From Caldisericaceae bacterium (GTDB lineage: Bacteria; Caldisericota; Caldisericia; Caldisericales; Caldisericaceae): a stretch of 64,000 nt of DNA. The stretch spans positions 3,645-67,644 of the forward strand of contig JALVXB010000001.1 of NCBI GenBank assembly GCA_027023025.1, in the 5' to 3' direction. A program made the translations under genes and the position numbers. Shown here one piece after another: positions 61,193 through 64,000 of the stretch; the stretch's first letter is position 1, and the number at the start of each line of letters is the position of its first letter. A model generated the notes under the pieces. That model saw only the letters and a list, made by a program, of their open reading frames with translations. It did not search any database and was not told the origin of the DNA.

Positions 61193-62257
61193 ATGGGTGA
61201 AAAAGTATTGATGAAAGGTGCAGAGGCAATTGCGGAGGCTGCAATCCGCGCGGGATGTATGGCGTTTTTCGGTTATCCAATTACTCCGCAGAACGAAACG
61301 CCAGAATACTTCTCAAGAAGGATGCCTGAACTTGGCAGGGTGTTCCTTCAGGCAGAAAGCGAAGTTGCAGCGATTAACATGGTTTACGGTGCGGCCTGCA
61401 CGGGCACGCGCGTTATCACGACTTCTTCCAGCCCGGGAATCAGTTTGATGCAGGAAGGCTTCAGTTACATTGCAAACTCCAATGTGGGCTGCGTCGTCGT
61501 AAACGCAATGCGTGGCGGCCCGGGACTTGGAGACATTGCACCTGCACAGGCAGACTACTTCCAGGCGACGAAGGGCGGCGGGCACGGAGACTACCACTCC
61601 ATCGTGCTTGCACCGCACACGATCCAGGAAACGGTGGACCTGATGTACGACGCATTTGACCTTGCCGACAAGTACAGAATTATGGTGGTAATGCTCGTTG
61701 ACGGTTTAATGGGGCAGATGATGGAGCCTGTCGAGTTCAAGGAATGGGTGGATGTGAAGAAGTTCAAAACTCCCGAATGGGCAACGGTCGGACAGGGTGA
61801 CAGAGACCACAGGAATATCATTACATCGCTCGAAATTCTACCTGAGGGCCTCGAGAAGATGAACCTTGCCCTGCAGGCAAAGTACAAAAAGATAAAGGAA
61901 AACGAAGTGCGCCTTGAAGAGTACGAAATGGACGATGCAGAATACGCACTCACCGCGTTTGGGACGGTTGCCCGTATTGCAAAAACCGTCGTTGAAATGG
62001 CGCGTAAAGACGGCATAAAATTGGGACTTATCCGTCCGATAACCGTGTGGCCTTTCCCTGAAAAAGAAGTTGCAAAGCGTGCAGACCAGGTGAAGTTCTT
62101 CTTTGATGTAGAGATGAACGAAGGACAGATGCTTGAGGATGTAAAGCTTGCAGTTAACGGAAAGAAACCCGTCCATTACTACGGAAGGCTGGGCGGCGTT
62201 GTGCCGACTGCCGAAGAAATTTACGGAGAGTTCAAAAAATTGGTGGGAGGTAAATAA
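61193..62257 (+). CDS. 2-oxoacid:ferredoxin oxidoreductase alpha subunit (VorB/KorA-like)
   Basis: Motifs are GYPITPQNE, ESEVAAINMVYGAA and GGGHGDY. RBS AAGGAGG. Confidence 0.85.
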   Translation: MGEKVLMKGAEAIAEAAIRAGCMAFFGYPITPQNETPEYFSRRMPELGRVFLQAESEVAAINMVYGAACTGTRVITTSSSPGISLMQEGFSYIANSNVGCVVVNAMRGGPGLGDIAPAQADYFQATKGGGHGDYHSIVLAPHTIQETVDLMYDAFDLADKYRIMVVMLVDGLMGQMMEPVEFKEWVDVKKFKTPEWATVGQGDRDHRNIITSLEILPEGLEKMNLALQAKYKKIKENEVRLEEYEMDDAEYALTAFGTVARIAKTVVEMARKDGIKLGLIRPITVWPFPEKEVAKRADQVKFFFDVEMNEGQMLEDVKLAVNGKKPVHYYGRLGGVVPTAEEIYGEFKKLVGGK

Positions 62258-63003
62258 TGAAACTTATATATAAGAAACCGGATACAATTACAGAAAGAGA
62301 CACGACATACTGCCCGGGCTGCCCGCACGGTATTGCGCACAGGCTTATTGCAGAGCTTCTTGAAGAAATGGACCTCGTGAAAAAGACGGTAATCGTCTGG
62401 CCTGTCGGATGCTCTGTATTTGGGTACTACTTCATTGCAACCGACGCAGTGGAGGCAGCACACGGCCGCGCGTGTGCAATGGCAACCGGAATAAAAAGGG
62501 CACATCCTGAGTCGTTCGTAATTTCTTATCAGGGTGACGGAGACCTTGCGTCTATCGGTATTGCAGAAGCGGTGCACGCAGCGGCAAGAGGCGAGCGCAT
62601 TTCCGTCGTTTACATCAACAACGGAAACTACGGTATGACGGGCGGACAGATGGCGCCCACCACGCTGATTGGACAGGTTACCACGACTACACCTTACGGA
62701 AGAAAGCCCGAACTCAACGGATTCCCTATGCATGTTCCTGAAATGTTTGCAGCACTGGACGGCCCTGCATACATTGCAAGGGCAGCGCTGGACAGCCCTC
62801 AGCACATTATTCAGGCAAAGAAGTTCCTGAGAAAGGCATTTACTGCACAGAAGAACAACCTGGGATTCTCTCTCGTCGAATTGATTTCTGCCTGCCCTAC
62901 GAACTGGAAGATGACGCCGGTTGAAGCAATGGAACGCATCAGGAAACAGGTTCTTCCCGTGTTCCCAATTGGTGAGTTCAAGGTTGCAAAGGGGGTAGAG
63001 TAG
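62257..63003 (+). CDS. 2-oxoacid:ferredoxin oxidoreductase beta subunit (TPP-binding)
   Basis: Motifs are YCPGCPHG and the TPP motif GDGD...NNGNYGMTGGQ. Confidence 0.85.
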   Translation: MKLIYKKPDTITERDTTYCPGCPHGIAHRLIAELLEEMDLVKKTVIVWPVGCSVFGYYFIATDAVEAAHGRACAMATGIKRAHPESFVISYQGDGDLASIGIAEAVHAAARGERISVVYINNGNYGMTGGQMAPTTLIGQVTTTTPYGRKPELNGFPMHVPEMFAALDGPAYIARAALDSPQHIIQAKKFLRKAFTAQKNNLGFSLVELISACPTNWKMTPVEAMERIRKQVLPVFPIGEFKVAKGVE

Positions 63004-63005
63004 TT

Positions 63006-63560
63006 ATGGAAAAGAAATTGGTTATTGCAGGGTTTGGCGGACAGGGCGTAATGCTTGCAGGCGAACTACTTGCAGAGGCGGCAAAGGACGAAGGAAAGTT
63101 CGTTACATTCCTTCCCTCTTACGGCCCTGAAATGAGAGGCGGAACGGCAAACTGCGATGTGATCGTTTCTGACAAACCCATTGCATCGCCCGTTATCGCG
63201 CACCCGCAGGCAGCAATTATTATGAACCTGCCCTCTCTTGACAAGTTTGAGCCGCTTATGGAAAAAGACGGCCTGCTTATCCTCAACAAAACGCTTATCC
63301 CAAGGGAAGTTAAAAGGACTGATCTGAGAGTTTTGCAGATAGACGCGCAGACGGTTGCGCGAGAACTTGGAAACGAAAAAGCAACGAATATGATTCTGCT
63401 CGGCGCGTATGCAGAGATAGAAAAACCTGTGAAGTTAGAATCTCTGAAAAATGCGCTGAAGCACTTCCTTACCGGTAAAAAAGAGGTGCTAATTCCTCTT
63501 AACGAAAAGGCACTTGAGAAGGGTGCTGAAATTGCGCGCGAGTTTTTAGGAGGAAAGTAA
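63006..63560 (+). CDS. 2-oxoacid:ferredoxin oxidoreductase gamma subunit
   Basis: The N-terminus is IAGFGGQGVMLAGELLA. YGPEMRGGTANC is also present. Confidence 0.85.
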   Translation: MEKKLVIAGFGGQGVMLAGELLAEAAKDEGKFVTFLPSYGPEMRGGTANCDVIVSDKPIASPVIAHPQAAIIMNLPSLDKFEPLMEKDGLLILNKTLIPREVKRTDLRVLQIDAQTVARELGNEKATNMILLGAYAEIEKPVKLESLKNALKHFLTGKKEVLIPLNEKALEKGAEIAREFLGGK

Positions 63561-63908
63561 ATGAAAGTCGTAAAGCCGCTGGACCTTAAACCAGAGCCGG
63601 TTGAATTTAACGGCAGTATAATACCGGGCGTTACGATCAGGTGGCTGATTAAAAAGGAAGACGGTGCCCCAAACTACGCGATGCGGTACTTTGAAATGGA
63701 GAAAGGGGCAAGCATTCCTGAGCACCACCATCCGTGGGAGCACGAGATTTACTTTTTGCAGGGGCGGTGCCTGCTTACAGAAGACGACGAAGAGCGCGTT
63801 GTAGATGCAGGCACGGCGGTTTTCATTAAACCGAACGCACGCCACTCCTACAAAAATGTTGGGGACGAAAAGTGCGTTTTCCTCTGCATTATTCCTCACC
63901 ACGGCTGA
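63561..63908 (+). CDS. cupin-domain protein
   Basis: Cupin motifs are IPEHHHPWEHEIYFLQG and the second motif AVFIKPNARHSYKN. Its start abuts the gamma-subunit stop. Confidence 0.75.
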   Translation: MKVVKPLDLKPEPVEFNGSIIPGVTIRWLIKKEDGAPNYAMRYFEMEKGASIPEHHHPWEHEIYFLQGRCLLTEDDEERVVDAGTAVFIKPNARHSYKNVGDEKCVFLCIIPHHG

Positions 63909-63952
63909 GGTTTTTGCGACGCTTTTGATGGCTTAATGGCGTTTTTGCATAA

Positions 63953-64000
63953 ATGGCGGACTTTGACGGAAAAATAGTCGTAATTACAGGGGGCTCTTCC
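63953..64000 (+). CDS. short-chain dehydrogenase/reductase, 5' fragment (runs off the window)
   Basis: MADFDGKIVVITGGSS carries the SDR Rossmann motif TGGSS. Only 16 codons are visible. Confidence 0.5.
   Translation, partial: MADFDGKIVVITGGSS

Noticed and set aside
1-64000. Search by eye for tRNA, rRNA, tmRNA, transposase, integrase, phage, reverse transcriptase or cas genes
   Set aside because: None was recognised in any ORF translation or spacer. Small structured RNAs cannot be excluded without a covariance-model scan.

Overview
Gene-dense 64-kb chromosomal window, mid-40s % GC by eye. I found no rRNA, tRNA, CRISPR array, transposase or integrase. The host is a bacterium whose envelope proteins carry SLH domains; I cannot assign a taxon from sequence alone. 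Blocks in order. (1) 0-9.5 kb: small envelope genes, a membrane-anchored NERD protein, Bcp peroxiredoxin, an FGGY-kinase remnant and a YtrA-type GntR/YbjQ/ABC-2 operon, separated by repeat-filled spacers. (2) 10.3-13.3 kb: a roughly 1000-aa STAND ATPase-TPR-SARP regulator. (3) 14.6-20.0 kb: a signalling operon with a Ser/Thr kinase (PEGA ectodomains), a PP2C phosphatase, and a secreted trypsin-like protease fused through a TM helix to a cytoplasmic FHA domain. (4) 20.4-35.1 kb: three tandem paralogous double-FtsX (MacB-type) permeases with nearly identical 3' ends and no ATPase gene, then two giant surface proteins (BNR/FN3/Ig/Cu-amine-oxidase-N1, and SBBP/DUF11/PKD/SLH). (5) 35.5-52.2 kb: a large peptidoglycan (muropeptide) recycling locus (NamZ, MurQ, MurK-like kinase, AnmK, AmiE-like, NagZ, NagA, SIS deaminase, L-Ala-D/L-Glu epimerase, YkfC-like endopeptidase, HutC-type GntR). 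It includes an Opp-like importer whose binding protein is SLH-anchored and which has no ATPase genes. (6) 52.3-55.8 kb: a four-gene envelope operon. (7) A RelE/RHH toxin-antitoxin pair with a frameshifted toxin, and a stand-alone alpha-oxoamine synthase. (8) 59.2-64 kb: butyrate kinase, P-loop NTPase, four-subunit 2-oxoacid:ferredoxin oxidoreductase, cupin, and the start of an SDR gene. The strongest non-genic signal is a mosaic family of dispersed repeats that fills nearly every long spacer. One module carries a canonical ECF-sigma-type promoter (GRAAC-N16-CGTCTA), five copies in total; four lie upstream of envelope genes and one faces a region with no confident gene. Two genes are interrupted by single-base shifts in homopolymer runs, so assembly error must be excluded before treating them as pseudogenes.
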